Positions 20,073 to 30,062 of a stretch of 64,000 bases of DNA are shown here, in pieces (the first letter of the stretch is position 1; each line of letters begins with the position of its first letter). Origin of the DNA: a bacterium (GTDB lineage: Bacteria; UBA8248; JACPRG01; G963555815); the NCBI GenBank assembly GCA_965261595.1, contig CBDHDG010000007.1:864001-928000 (forward strand), read 5' to 3'. Below the pieces are notes generated by a model. The model searched no databases. It was given only the letters and a program-made list of their open reading frames with translations, and had not been told where the DNA came from. The position numbers and the translations under genes are program-made.

Positions 20073-20876
20073 ATGGGCCGGATTGCCGAATGTTTCGAAG
20101 CCTTGGGCGGCGCCGGCGAGGGAGGCGGCAAGGCCCTGATCCCGTTCGTGACGGCGGGGGACCCGGATCTCGGATTTACGAAAGACCTCATCTTCCGGCT
20201 GGAGGAGACCGGGGCGGACCTGGTGGAGCTGGGCGTCCCGTTCTCCGACCCCATGGCCGACGGCCCGACCATTCAGCGGGCCTCCTTCAGGTCCCTGAAG
20301 AACGGGACGAGCCTGCGGGCGATCCTGGGGATGGTGGGGGAGATCCGCAAGGACGTCCGCCTCCCTCTTATCCTGATGACGTACTACAACCCGATCTTCG
20401 CGATGGGCGAGAGCGGATTCGTCGAGGCCGCCGTTCGGGCGGGCGTGGACGGCGCGATCATCCCGGACCTCCCCTTCGAGGAATCGGCCCCCCTGATGGG
20501 CTTGACGGACGGAACGCCGTTGGACCCCATTGCGATGCTCGCCCCGACCAGCACGCCCAAGCGGCGGGCGATGATTTGCGCGAGCGCCCGGGGTTTCATT
20601 TATTACGTCGCGCAGCTCGGCGTCACGGGCGCGCGGGAAGGGCTGGCTGGGGATCTGAAGGACGGTCTCGATAACGTCAAGGCCCTGACCGGTCTTCCGG
20701 TGGCCGCCGGATTCGGGATCAGGACGCCCGAGCAGGCCCGCGAGGTCAGCCGGTGCTGCGACGGCGTCATCGTCGGAAGCGCGCTGATCGACGTCCTGGA
20801 CGCCGAGACCGGCCCCGAGGCCAAACTCCGCGCCGCGGGCGGGTTTGTCCGGTCTTTGAAAAATGCCATCGGTTGA
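20073..20876 (+). CDS. trpA: Tryptophan synthase alpha chain
   Basis: ELGVPFSDPMADGPTIQ and GVTGAR motifs. Confidence 0.97.
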   Translation: MGRIAECFEALGGAGEGGGKALIPFVTAGDPDLGFTKDLIFRLEETGADLVELGVPFSDPMADGPTIQRASFRSLKNGTSLRAILGMVGEIRKDVRLPLILMTYYNPIFAMGESGFVEAAVRAGVDGAIIPDLPFEESAPLMGLTDGTPLDPIAMLAPTSTPKRRAMICASARGFIYYVAQLGVTGAREGLAGDLKDGLDNVKALTGLPVAAGFGIRTPEQAREVSRCCDGVIVGSALIDVLDAETGPEAKLRAAGGFVRSLKNAIG

Positions 20877-20952
20877 GAGGGGGGAGGGTAAGGGGTCAAC
20901 CGACCCAACCGCCCGCCCCACCTGTTTTGAAAATACCGGGCTTCCACCGTCG

Positions 20953-20976
20953 GTAGGCCGGGCATCTTGCCCGGCC
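20953..20976 (+). repeat. REP-like palindrome (GTAG class), copy 1
   Basis: GTAG-GCCGGGCATCTTGCCCGGC; a 21-nt core is identical to 23917-23937. Confidence 0.6.
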
Positions 20977-21190
20977 GGAATGGGACAATCGGGTCTCGAT
21001 ATGTAAAACCTTATTTCGTGATGCCATACGAAGTAAGATTTCCAAGATAACGCGGCGAGTGGATGTATTGCGGCGCGCCGCATTTTATCGAGAATCATAT
21101 AATTCACATTGATTTTTGAATGTTTTAGTTTATAATTCCATTGACAAGTGGTTGTTATTGTGGATTTTCAGTACTTGATGGAGTCTCTTC

Positions 21191-23800
21191 TTGGCCTCAG
21201 TCGCCGCTTCCAAACCCGTCTCGCGCAAACCGAAGCAAGGACAAAAGGACCTCCTCTCGGCGAATCCCCGGGTGCTCGAAGGGCTTGCGGTCCTGTTGTT
21301 CGGGTTGTCCGTTTTTCTGGTGGTCGCGTTTTTCACCTACGATCCGCGCGATCCCTCGCTGAATCGGGTGACGCCGAATACCTGGCAGGTGAGGAACAGC
21401 GCCGGAGTCGCCGGCGCTTACGTCGCCGACGCGGCGGGGCAGCTTCTCGGCGCGGCGGCGCTGGTCTTGCCCTTGGCCGGGCTGCTGATCGGGTTCCGCT
21501 GGATCAGGGGCCGGCGGGTGGAGGGGAAGTGGCTCCTCGCCGGGGGGCTTTTGGCGGGGACCGCCGTCGCGGCGGTTACGCTGCATGACTGGGCGGGTCA
21601 CGCGGACCCCCTCTTCGGCACCCGGATTCACGCCGGCGGCCTCTTGGGCGGGTTTCTGAGACCCCTCCTTTTCCGGTTTCTCGGGGGCGTAGGCGCGTAT
21701 CTGATCCTGGCCGCGGCCGGTGTGTTCGCCTGCCTTCAGGTCGCCGCCCTCGGATTGTCCGACCTGTTGAAAGGACTCTCGAAGGCATCCACGCTGTTCG
21801 CGGGGGGGATTCGATTCAGCGCCGTCTCCTTGTTCAACGGCTCAAGCTGGCTGCTGAGGCGAGTTTGGCGGGGCGCCGTCGCGTCGGCGAAATTTCTGAA
21901 GCGGTTGAGCATCGGTTTCGGCCGGTTTGCCGTGAGGTCGGCGGCCTGGGTCAACCCCATGGGGATCCCCTGGGCCGAGACCTACAGGCGGTTCCGGCCG
22001 CGAAGAGCGGAGAAACCCCGGACCGTTCCGGGCTCCGTTCCAAGCTCCGTCGCGGGCGATCAGCCAAGCCCCGCCCCGGGCGATCAGGAGGTCCCGCTCC
22101 AGTTGGATCCTATTCCCGTCGGCGGGCCGATTCCGCTGCGGGATATTGTCAAGAACCGACCTTGGGTAGTCGAGGGGTCCTCCGAATCCATGGACGCGGA
22201 TGAGGCCGGCTTCGAAGCGAAATCCGAAAAGGACATTGTTTCCCCCGCCTCCTCCGCCCCCCCGGCCCCCGCGATTGAGATCGCCTCCCCCATCGAGCGG
22301 GTCAGGCGCGCGAGGCGGCGCGCGCACGCCTTGCCGCCTTTGACGCTGTTGGACGCCCCCCCGCCCCTCGTGGCGCCGGCCGGCCGGGAGGTGCTGACCG
22401 AGCGGTCCGCCCGTCTGGAGGAGAAGCTTCGGGATTTCGGCGTCGAGGGACGCGTCGTTCAGGTCCTGCATGGTCCCGTCGTGACGATGTTCGAGTACGC
22501 TCCGGCCTCGGGCGTCAAGGTGAGCAAGATCGCGAACCTCTCCGACGACCTGGCGCTCGGGATGGAGGCGCTTTCGGTTCGAATCGTTGCGCCCCTTCCC
22601 GGCAAGGGGGCGGTGGGGATTGAGATCCCCAATGAGGTCCGCATGCCGGTGAACCTCAAGGAGATCCTGACGAGCCGCGATTTTCAGGACCACGACGGCC
22701 GCCTTTCCATCGCCCTGGGCAAGGACATCCTCGGCCGGCCGGCCATCACGGACCTGGCGAAAATCCCCCATCTGCTGATCGCCGGGGCCACCGGGTCCGG
22801 GAAAAGCGTCGGGTTGAACGCCATGATCTGCTCCCTGCTGCTTCGCCGGACGCCGGGCGAGCTGCGCTTCATCATGATCGATCCGAAAATGCTCGAGTTG
22901 TCTGTCTATGACGGCATTCCCCACCTCTTGACGCCGGTCGTGACCGATCCCAAGAGGGCCTCCGTTGTTCTCAAGGGCCTGGTGGCGGAGATGGAAAGCC
23001 GCTATCACCTGCTGTCCGAAGCGGGAGTGCGGAACATTCAGGGATATAACGAGAAGGTGACGGCCCCGGAGGGCCGCGCGAACGGCCGCGACAAGGTCCC
23101 GCCCGAGGACGCCGAGGCCCCCCCCCCTTCCCCCCCCGAGCCGCTGCCCTCGATCGTCGTCGTGATCGACGAGCTGGCCGACCTGATGATGGTGACGTCT
23201 AAAGACGTCGAGAATTCAATCGTTCGCTTGGCCCAGATGGCCCGGGCCGCGGGGATCCACCTCATGGTGGCGACGCAGCGTCCCTCGGTGGACGTGTTGA
23301 CCGGACTCATCAAGGCGAACTTCCCGGCGCGGCTGTCCTTCCAGGTGAGCTCGCGGACCGACTCCCGGACCATTCTCGACGCCAACGGCGCGGAGCGGCT
23401 GCTGGGCCAGGGGGACATGCTCTTCCTGCCGCCCGGGACCTCGAACCTTGTCCGCATCCACGGCGCGTACGTTTCCGAGCGGGAGATCGAGCGGGTTGTC
23501 GAGTCCTGGAAAAGCCAGGGCGATCCCGAATACGACCACGCGCTGATCGTCTCCGAGGGAGACGGCTCGGGCGGAGACGATCAGGAAGAAGCGGAGTACG
23601 ATGAGAAGTACGACGAGGCGGTCGAGTTTGTGGCCCGGACGGGCCAGGCCAGCATCTCGAAGGTCCAGCGGCGCCTTCGCGTGGGATACAACCGCGCGGC
23701 CCGGATGATCGAGATGATGGAGCGCGACGGCGTCGTTGGTCCGGCGGACGGCGTCAAGCCCAGGGAAGTGTTCGCGCGCGAGATCCCGGCGGATGATTGA
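21191..23800 (+). CDS. ftsK: DNA translocase FtsK
   Basis: 4TM N-domain, HLLIAGATGSGKSV, ATQRPSVDV, gamma domain QRRLRVGYNRAAR. Confidence 0.96.
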   Translation: MASVAASKPVSRKPKQGQKDLLSANPRVLEGLAVLLFGLSVFLVVAFFTYDPRDPSLNRVTPNTWQVRNSAGVAGAYVADAAGQLLGAAALVLPLAGLLIGFRWIRGRRVEGKWLLAGGLLAGTAVAAVTLHDWAGHADPLFGTRIHAGGLLGGFLRPLLFRFLGGVGAYLILAAAGVFACLQVAALGLSDLLKGLSKASTLFAGGIRFSAVSLFNGSSWLLRRVWRGAVASAKFLKRLSIGFGRFAVRSAAWVNPMGIPWAETYRRFRPRRAEKPRTVPGSVPSSVAGDQPSPAPGDQEVPLQLDPIPVGGPIPLRDIVKNRPWVVEGSSESMDADEAGFEAKSEKDIVSPASSAPPAPAIEIASPIERVRRARRRAHALPPLTLLDAPPPLVAPAGREVLTERSARLEEKLRDFGVEGRVVQVLHGPVVTMFEYAPASGVKVSKIANLSDDLALGMEALSVRIVAPLPGKGAVGIEIPNEVRMPVNLKEILTSRDFQDHDGRLSIALGKDILGRPAITDLAKIPHLLIAGATGSGKSVGLNAMICSLLLRRTPGELRFIMIDPKMLELSVYDGIPHLLTPVVTDPKRASVVLKGLVAEMESRYHLLSEAGVRNIQGYNEKVTAPEGRANGRDKVPPEDAEAPPPSPPEPLPSIVVVIDELADLMMVTSKDVENSIVRLAQMARAAGIHLMVATQRPSVDVLTGLIKANFPARLSFQVSSRTDSRTILDANGAERLLGQGDMLFLPPGTSNLVRIHGAYVSEREIERVVESWKSQGDPEYDHALIVSEGDGSGGDDQEEAEYDEKYDEAVEFVARTGQASISKVQRRLRVGYNRAARMIEMMERDGVVGPADGVKPREVFAREIPADD

Positions 23801-23914
23801 TTTTATTCTGGGGGACCTTTTTGAAAACCGGCCCCCAGCCCCCCCGGAAAACATTCTTTTCGCCGAAGGGCTTGTTCCCGCTCCGCCCCCGTGCTGTCAC
23901 CCCGCGGCGATTTG

Positions 23915-24018
23915 GCAGGCCGGGCATCTTGCCCGGCGAAAGTGATGTAGCGCCGTGGCGCCTCTCAGCGAATCGATTAATCCCGGCTCTCAGGCTGGGG
24001 CTGAAGCCCCCGCGCTAC
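23915..24018. repeat. Cluster of REP-like palindromes
   Basis: GCAG-GCCGGGCATCTTGCCCGGC (23915-23937); GTAGCGC (23947) facing GGGGCTGAAGCCCC-CGCGCTAC (23997-24018). Confidence 0.55.
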
Positions 24019-24200
24019 AACTGAGGATTCTCGCCGGACCCGCCCCCCCCTCCCTTCGAAAACCTGCCATGGCGTCCCGTCCTTTTTGATTTTGGCGGGT
24101 AAGGATTCCGGGTTAAACTTCTTCCCGCGAGCAATCCGTCACATCAAAGTCCCTTCGGGGTGGAGCCCGGGTTTTTCCTGCGGTGGAAAGGAACCGACCG

Positions 24201-25196
24201 ATGATCATCGACGTCCACAATCACTTTATCGGAGAAGCGCCGAAGGCGTTCCTCATCAAGGAGGGCAAGGCCCAGGGGATCGACGCTTCCGAGGATGCCG
24301 AGGGGGGCCTGGTTCTTGACTTCGGGGGGGGGCGGACGCTCGGGGCCGACCGGGGGTTCTTCGATCTGGACCTCCGCCTGAAATGGCTGGACGACATGGG
24401 AATCGACGCCCAGCTCGTGACCATCGCCCCGAGCTACTGCCTCTTCGGCAAAGACCCCTCCTTCACCGCCGAGTACCTGGGCGTGGTGAACGACCACATC
24501 GCCGGATTGGAGAAGTCGCATCCGGGAAAGTTTTTCCCGGCCGCCATGGTCCCGCTCCAGGACATTCCCAAATCCATCGCCGAAGCCGACCGGGCCGTCA
24601 ACCAACTGGGCGCCCGGGCGGTCTTCATGGTGTCCAACGTCAACGGGGTCTACCTGGACGACGCCCGGTTCGACCCGCTCTATGAAGCGGTGCAGGACCT
24701 GGGGGTTCCGCTGTTCATCCATCCCGCTTTCCCGGCCGCCCTGGACGCGATGGGGGACTACTACCTGTCCAACATCTGCGGGTTCCCGTTCGACCAGACC
24801 CTCAACCTCGGGCGCATGGTCCTGAGCGGGGTCTTCGAGCGCTTCCCCCGGCTTCAGGCGTTCTACACCCACGGCGGGGGGACGGCGCCGTTCCTGCGCG
24901 GCCGGTGGGACCACGCCTACGGCGCCCGGGAGGACACCAGCGCGGCCATCCCCAAACCGCCCAGCGCCTACCTGTCCCAGATCTGGCTGGGATCGATGGT
25001 GTTCTATCCCCCGACGCTGGAATTCGTGATCCACTCGGTCGGCGTGGATCATGTCTGCCTGGGCAGCGATTATCCCTATGACATGGCGGACCCGGACCCG
25101 GCCGGCACGGTGCGCAAAGTCGGAAGCCTGTCGGGTCCCGAGGTGAACGCCGTTTTGGGCGATAACGCCAAGGTCCTGTTCGAATTGAATTCATGA
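24201..25196 (+). CDS. Amidohydrolase-2 family protein (ACMSD/LigW-like), paralog 1
   Basis: IDVHNH, FIHP, THGGG and GSDYPYD motifs. Confidence 0.9.
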   Translation: MIIDVHNHFIGEAPKAFLIKEGKAQGIDASEDAEGGLVLDFGGGRTLGADRGFFDLDLRLKWLDDMGIDAQLVTIAPSYCLFGKDPSFTAEYLGVVNDHIAGLEKSHPGKFFPAAMVPLQDIPKSIAEADRAVNQLGARAVFMVSNVNGVYLDDARFDPLYEAVQDLGVPLFIHPAFPAALDAMGDYYLSNICGFPFDQTLNLGRMVLSGVFERFPRLQAFYTHGGGTAPFLRGRWDHAYGAREDTSAAIPKPPSAYLSQIWLGSMVFYPPTLEFVIHSVGVDHVCLGSDYPYDMADPDPAGTVRKVGSLSGPEVNAVLGDNAKVLFELNS

Positions 25197-25242
25197 CCCG
25201 CGCCGGTTTCGCCGGGTCACAAGGCGACCTTCGGAGGAGCGC

Positions 25243-26235
25243 ATGATTATCGACGTACACAACCACTTCATCGGCGAAGCGGCCAAGCGGTTTATTCTGA
25301 AAGAGGGCAAGGCCCGGGGGATCGACGCCTCGGAAGACGCCGCGGGGAACCTGTCCATCGACTTCGGGTTCCGGACGCTTTCGGTCGGACCGGAGATGTT
25401 CGAGCCCGAGCCCCGGCTGGAGGCGATGAAGCAGCGCGGGATCGACGCCCAGCTTTTGACGATTTCCGCCACCCACGCGTTTTATGGGCAAGACGCCGGG
25501 TTCGTGGCCGAGCACCTGGCCGCCGTGAACGAGGACAGCGCCCGGATGGCCGCGGCGCATCCGGGGAAGTTTTACCCGACGGCCGCAGTGCCCCTGCTGG
25601 ACGTCTCCGCCGGCGTCAAAGAGGCGCGGCGCGCGGTCCGGGACCTGAACGCCCGGGCGATCTTCATGAATTCCAACGTCGACGGGGTCCACCTGGACGA
25701 CCGGCGTTTCGATCCCCTCTATGAGACCGTCCAGGACCTGGGGGTGCCGCTCATCGTCCATCCCATCACCCCCGCCTCCCGCCAGGGCATGGAGGGCTAC
25801 CACCTCTTCAACCTCTGCGGGTTCCCCTTCGACCACGCGCTGAACCTGGCTCGAATGGTCCTGTCGGGGGTCTTCGAGCGGTTCCCGCGGCTGCGGGCGT
25901 TTTTCACCCACGGCGGAGGGCCGACCCTCTTCCTGCGGGGACGCTGGGACCACGCTTACGGGATCCGCGAGGACACCCGGGCGGACATCCCCAAGCCCCC
26001 CAGCGCCTATTTCGACCGCATCTGGTTCGGGACGGTGGTCTTCTCGCCCACGACGCTTGAGTTTGTGATTCGTTCCGTGGGGGCGGACCACGTCTGCCTG
26101 GGGAGCGATTATCCCTACGACATGGAGGACCCGGACCCGGTCGGATTGGTGCGGAAGGTAGGGAGCCTGTCGGTTTCGGAGTCGGAAGCCGTTCTGAGCG
26201 GGAACGCGAAAGACCTGTTTGATTTGCGGGATTGA
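25243..26235 (+). CDS. Amidohydrolase-2 family protein, paralog 2
   Basis: Same motifs; extensive identity to the upstream gene. Confidence 0.9.
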   Translation: MIIDVHNHFIGEAAKRFILKEGKARGIDASEDAAGNLSIDFGFRTLSVGPEMFEPEPRLEAMKQRGIDAQLLTISATHAFYGQDAGFVAEHLAAVNEDSARMAAAHPGKFYPTAAVPLLDVSAGVKEARRAVRDLNARAIFMNSNVDGVHLDDRRFDPLYETVQDLGVPLIVHPITPASRQGMEGYHLFNLCGFPFDHALNLARMVLSGVFERFPRLRAFFTHGGGPTLFLRGRWDHAYGIREDTRADIPKPPSAYFDRIWFGTVVFSPTTLEFVIRSVGADHVCLGSDYPYDMEDPDPVGLVRKVGSLSVSESEAVLSGNAKDLFDLRD

Positions 26236-26323
26236 CGCGCCTGCGGCGCAAGTGCCCGGTGGATCGAACGATGCGCGGTTTACCGGCGAGGCCCCGGGAA
26301 GCCCCCCCCCGATTCGAGGTCCG

Positions 26324-26611
26324 CTACACCTTGCTGAACCGGCTTTGCAGCCTCCTCATGCAGGTGTGCGCGCAGTCCATCCTCTCCGGCCAGAGCGTGC
26401 AGCGGCTCACCCGGAGTCGAGGTTTGCCGAGGACGGAGGTGAGGGCCGCGCGCCGGCGGTCGATGGCCACCTTCGCGGTCCGTCCGGCTTCAGGACACCT
26501 CAACCTCCGGACGCCTCGAAAACGTCGGATGGCGGTCATCATGACCGGAATCATGACGTAAACGATCGACAGCGCGAGGATGGCGACGATCATAGTTCCC
26601 GGATGACTCAT
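26324..26611 (-). CDS. Small membrane-anchored Cys-rich hypothetical protein
   Basis: AAGGAG RBS; N-terminal TM; CP...C.LWP....C...C. Confidence 0.7.
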   Translation of the reverse strand: MSHPGTMIVAILALSIVYVMIPVMMTAIRRFRGVRRLRCPEAGRTAKVAIDRRRAALTSVLGKPRLRVSRCTLWPERMDCAHTCMRRLQSRFSKV

Positions 26612-26858
26612 GGTTTTCTCCTTACCCCCGTCTCTCCCCGTGGCCGCGATTCGAGACACACGCCGCGGTGACGCAAAAATCTGTCTATAAATTTGGATGC
26701 CTTGTCTCCGCGGACTATGATGTGGATCAGGAATGGGAACGGGCGTCCTATGGTTCGTCCGGGCCACGGCTCGGAGGCCGTGCCCGCTCCCTTCCCCTTT
26801 CACCCACCTTGATGACGCACGGATCTGAGTTTTGACTGAATCCCAACGGAATCCCGCG

Positions 26859-28385
26859 ATGGAGGCGGGCGGAGAGCGGGGAGGGGCGCCGGCAATCTCC
26901 AAGACCCGCGTGCGGCTGGCGGTTCTGGGCGTGGCCTTGGGGATGTTTCTGGCCGCCCTGGACATCACCGTCATGGGGACGGCGATGCCGACCATCGTGG
27001 GGTTGATGGGTGGGATCCAGATCTATCACTGGGCCTTCACCAGTTTCTTCCTGGCCTCGGTCGTCTCGACGCCCATCTTCGGCAAGCTGGCCGACATGTA
27101 CGGAGTCCGCCGGCTTTACCTCATCGCCATCGGGACTTTCATGGTTGCGTCCGCCCTTTGCGGGATGTCCCGGAACATGCCGCAGCTCATTGTCTTCCGG
27201 GGGCTTCAAGGGGTGGGCGGCGGATCGCTGATGGCCCTCAGCTACATGGTTCTGGGGACCTTCTACTCCGGCCAAAAGCTGGGCAAATCGATGGGGGTGA
27301 TCAACGCGGTGTGGGGCGTCGCGTCCATTTTGGGACCCTTGATCGGCGGCATCCTGGTGGCGAAGATCTCCTGGCGGTGGATCTTCTATATCAACCTGCC
27401 TACGGGATTCGTCGCGGCGGCTTTTGTGATGGCCGGGGTTGGAAGGGTGCGTGAGAGGCGCAAGGGCGGCCGTGCGGATTTTCTCGGCGGGATCAGTCTG
27501 CTCTGCGGCATGATAGCCATATTGCTGGTGGCGGGCCAGGGGAAGCCGCGGCCGTTCGGCGCGCTGGATGCCGCCCTTCTCTGCGCCGGCGTTCTCCTGC
27601 TTGTGTTCTTTGTCTGGAACGAATCGAGGGCCGAGGAGCCCATCCTTCCTCTGTCTTTGTTCCGGATTCGGAACTTCTCGGCGGCCAGCATCCTGGGTTT
27701 TTTGACGGGAGCGGGTTTTTTTACGGCGGTGGCGTTTGTTCCGTTGTTTTATCAGGGCGTCATCGGGGCTTCCGCCATCGGCGCCGGGGCCGTCTTGATG
27801 CCCATGAGCCTCGGGTGGTGTTTGTCCAGCGCCTTCGGCGTGAGGCTGTTGATCAACAGATTGGGACAACAGAAGCTGCTCGCCCTGGGCATCGGGTTCC
27901 AGTTCGCGGCGTATGGAATCCTTGTGCAGATAGGCATCGAAACCCCTTACTGGGTGGTCGGCGCGGCCATGACCATCCTCGGCGTGGGGATGGGGTTCAT
28001 TTTCACGATGATTCTGACGCTCGTCCAGACGAGCGTGCCGAAGACCCAACTGGGCGTCGTGACCTCCTCGACGTTTCTTTTCCGGCAACTGGGCGGGGCC
28101 GTCGCGGTCGGAGTCCTGGGCGGTGTGATGAGCCGGGGGTTGATGAGTCGTCTGGCGGCCTTGAGCGCGGACCCGCTTCACAGCGGAATCGCCGATGCCA
28201 TCTCCGGTCCCCGGGACCTGATGCGGCCCGAGGTGATGGGGCGTTTTTCCGACGCGACGGCCGCCGTTCTCAAAGGAACACTGGCCGAATCCCTCTCTCC
28301 CGTATTTTGGATCTGCCTGGGGATCGTGGGAGTCGGACTGCTCATCGGTTTCTGGTTCGCGGCGGTGCGAAAGGAAAGCGGCTGA
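26859..28385 (+). CDS. DHA2 (EmrB/QacA) MFS efflux transporter
   Basis: FLAALDITVMGTAMP, GKLADMYG, FRGLQGVGGG and WRWIFYINLP motifs; start may be 26832. Confidence 0.93.
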   Translation: MEAGGERGGAPAISKTRVRLAVLGVALGMFLAALDITVMGTAMPTIVGLMGGIQIYHWAFTSFFLASVVSTPIFGKLADMYGVRRLYLIAIGTFMVASALCGMSRNMPQLIVFRGLQGVGGGSLMALSYMVLGTFYSGQKLGKSMGVINAVWGVASILGPLIGGILVAKISWRWIFYINLPTGFVAAAFVMAGVGRVRERRKGGRADFLGGISLLCGMIAILLVAGQGKPRPFGALDAALLCAGVLLLVFFVWNESRAEEPILPLSLFRIRNFSAASILGFLTGAGFFTAVAFVPLFYQGVIGASAIGAGAVLMPMSLGWCLSSAFGVRLLINRLGQQKLLALGIGFQFAAYGILVQIGIETPYWVVGAAMTILGVGMGFIFTMILTLVQTSVPKTQLGVVTSSTFLFRQLGGAVAVGVLGGVMSRGLMSRLAALSADPLHSGIADAISGPRDLMRPEVMGRFSDATAAVLKGTLAESLSPVFWICLGIVGVGLLIGFWFAAVRKESG

Positions 28386-28387
28386 CG

Positions 28388-29433
28388 TTGAGACGGGTTT
28401 CAAAGAACCTTTTCTTTTCGCTGATCGTTTTGCTGATCCTGGTCTTCCTGGCCGAGGGGATTCAGCGGGTCCGTCTGGCTTTTGTCGGCCGGCCGGCGGA
28501 GTGGCTGCTCTACGGTTTGCACTGGGGTCCGAAAGAGAAGGCCCAAACGTTCTGGCCTACGAAACCCGGGCCAAGGGGCCCTATCACCTCCTGAAGACCG
28601 GTGTCCGCATTTTCAAAGAGCCGAGTCCCACGGTGGTCACGGTGAACCGTTTCGGTTTCCGGGGTCCGGAATTCCGGCGGGAGAAGCCGCCGGGCGTCTA
28701 TCGCATCGTCGCCCTGGGCGGGTCTTCGACCTTCGGCGCGTTGAATGGCGATGAGGACGCCTACCCGGCGCGGCTCCAAGCTTTGCTCAACCGGCAGGCC
28801 CCCGGCCGGTTCGAAGTGATCAACGCGGGGATACCCGGCCACGCCCCATCCCATCTTGTTCCGCTTATTCGGCGGGAGGTTCTCCCCCTCAAGCCCGACC
28901 TGTTGATCATCATGAACATGTTCGACCATTACTTCGTCACAACCGAGAAGGATTGGCGGCGTCCCCTCATCCGTTTGAGAAAGATGTTGGAGGAGCGAAG
29001 CGTCCTCTTTCTCACCCTCTCCGAAAAGGTCACGTTTTTCACCGATCAGGACACCCTGTTGGGCAAACTCTTCGTGCGGTTTTCGGACTTCCGCGGCTAT
29101 CTGGAAGAGATGATCGGCCTGGCCCGTTCGGTGGGCGCGCGCGTCCTTTTGGTGAAGCAGCCGATCCTGCCCCGCGGGATGACCGGAAAGAACCTGCGTC
29201 CCGGCTCGACAGGGTCCGAACAGGGTTGGGAGCGGCGGTTTTATGAAAAGGTCCTCCGCCTGGTGGATGACACGGCCGGGTCCGAAGGGACGCTCGTCGC
29301 GGACGCTTCCACGCTCACGGGGGGATTTTTGCTGGATATGTTCTATGACGCCGGTCACCTCACGGCGGGGGGGAACCGTTACGTGGCGGAACGAATCCTG
29401 GAAGTCCTGGTCAGGAATCGGATTGTGCGCTAG
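28388..29433 (+). pseudogene. Membrane-anchored SGNH/GDSL hydrolase, frameshift near 28545
   Basis: TM N-terminus (MRRVSKNLFFSLIVLL..AEG) in one frame; ALGGSSTFG, VINAGIPG and DAGHLT in another. Confidence 0.75.
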
Positions 29434-29552
29434 CCTGTTGTCCGGGATGCGCGGGGGGCCGCGTTTTCCTTAAAACCTTCGGCAGCCAATCAGGCGCGCT
29501 TCGTACTATCATACGGACTGGAGGGGGGGAAGGAGCCTTCGAGAGAAAAGGG

Positions 29553-30062
29553 ATGGTTGTGGACTGGTCGCGGAAGCTTTACGACGAGCTGAAGGCGAGC
29601 GGGGTGCGTCTTTGCACCTCTCTGCCCGACTCCTGGATCCACGACCTCATTACTCAAATGCAGGACGACCCGGACATGATTCACGTCCCTGTCACGCGTG
29701 AGGAAGAGGCCGTCGGGATCTGCTGCGGGGCGTCGGCGGGCGGGATGCGCTCGGCCATGGTGATTCAGAACGTGGGCGCGATGAACTGCACGGGGGCCAT
29801 CGCGACGTTGCCCATCGCTTACGCGATCCCGTTCGTGATGATTCTCTCACACCGCGGGCGCCTGGGAGACTGGGCCTTTTACGACGTGGAGAAGGGCCGG
29901 TGCACGGTCCCGATCCTGGAGCAGGTCGGGGTCCAGTGTTTTCCGCTTCCGGCCGATTTTGTCGAGCGCGGATGCGTGGCCGACGCCTACACCCTGGCGG
30001 ACGCGAGCCAGAAACCCGTCGCGCTCCTAATCACCAAAGAGACCTTCGGGGTCGGCGAATGA
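29553..30062 (+). CDS. TPP-dependent sulfopyruvate/phosphonopyruvate decarboxylase-like, alpha subunit (ComD-like)
   Basis: SLPDSW, VTREEEAVGICCG and IQNVG motifs. Confidence 0.8.
   Translation: MVVDWSRKLYDELKASGVRLCTSLPDSWIHDLITQMQDDPDMIHVPVTREEEAVGICCGASAGGMRSAMVIQNVGAMNCTGAIATLPIAYAIPFVMILSHRGRLGDWAFYDVEKGRCTVPILEQVGVQCFPLPADFVERGCVADAYTLADASQKPVALLITKETFGVGE

Noticed and set aside
18660..21107. 815-aa minus-strand ORF and many other long antisense ORFs (e.g. 44498-46672, 55192-56979, 33234-34853)
   Set aside because: Shadow ORFs opposite well-supported genes, expected at high GC; no motifs.
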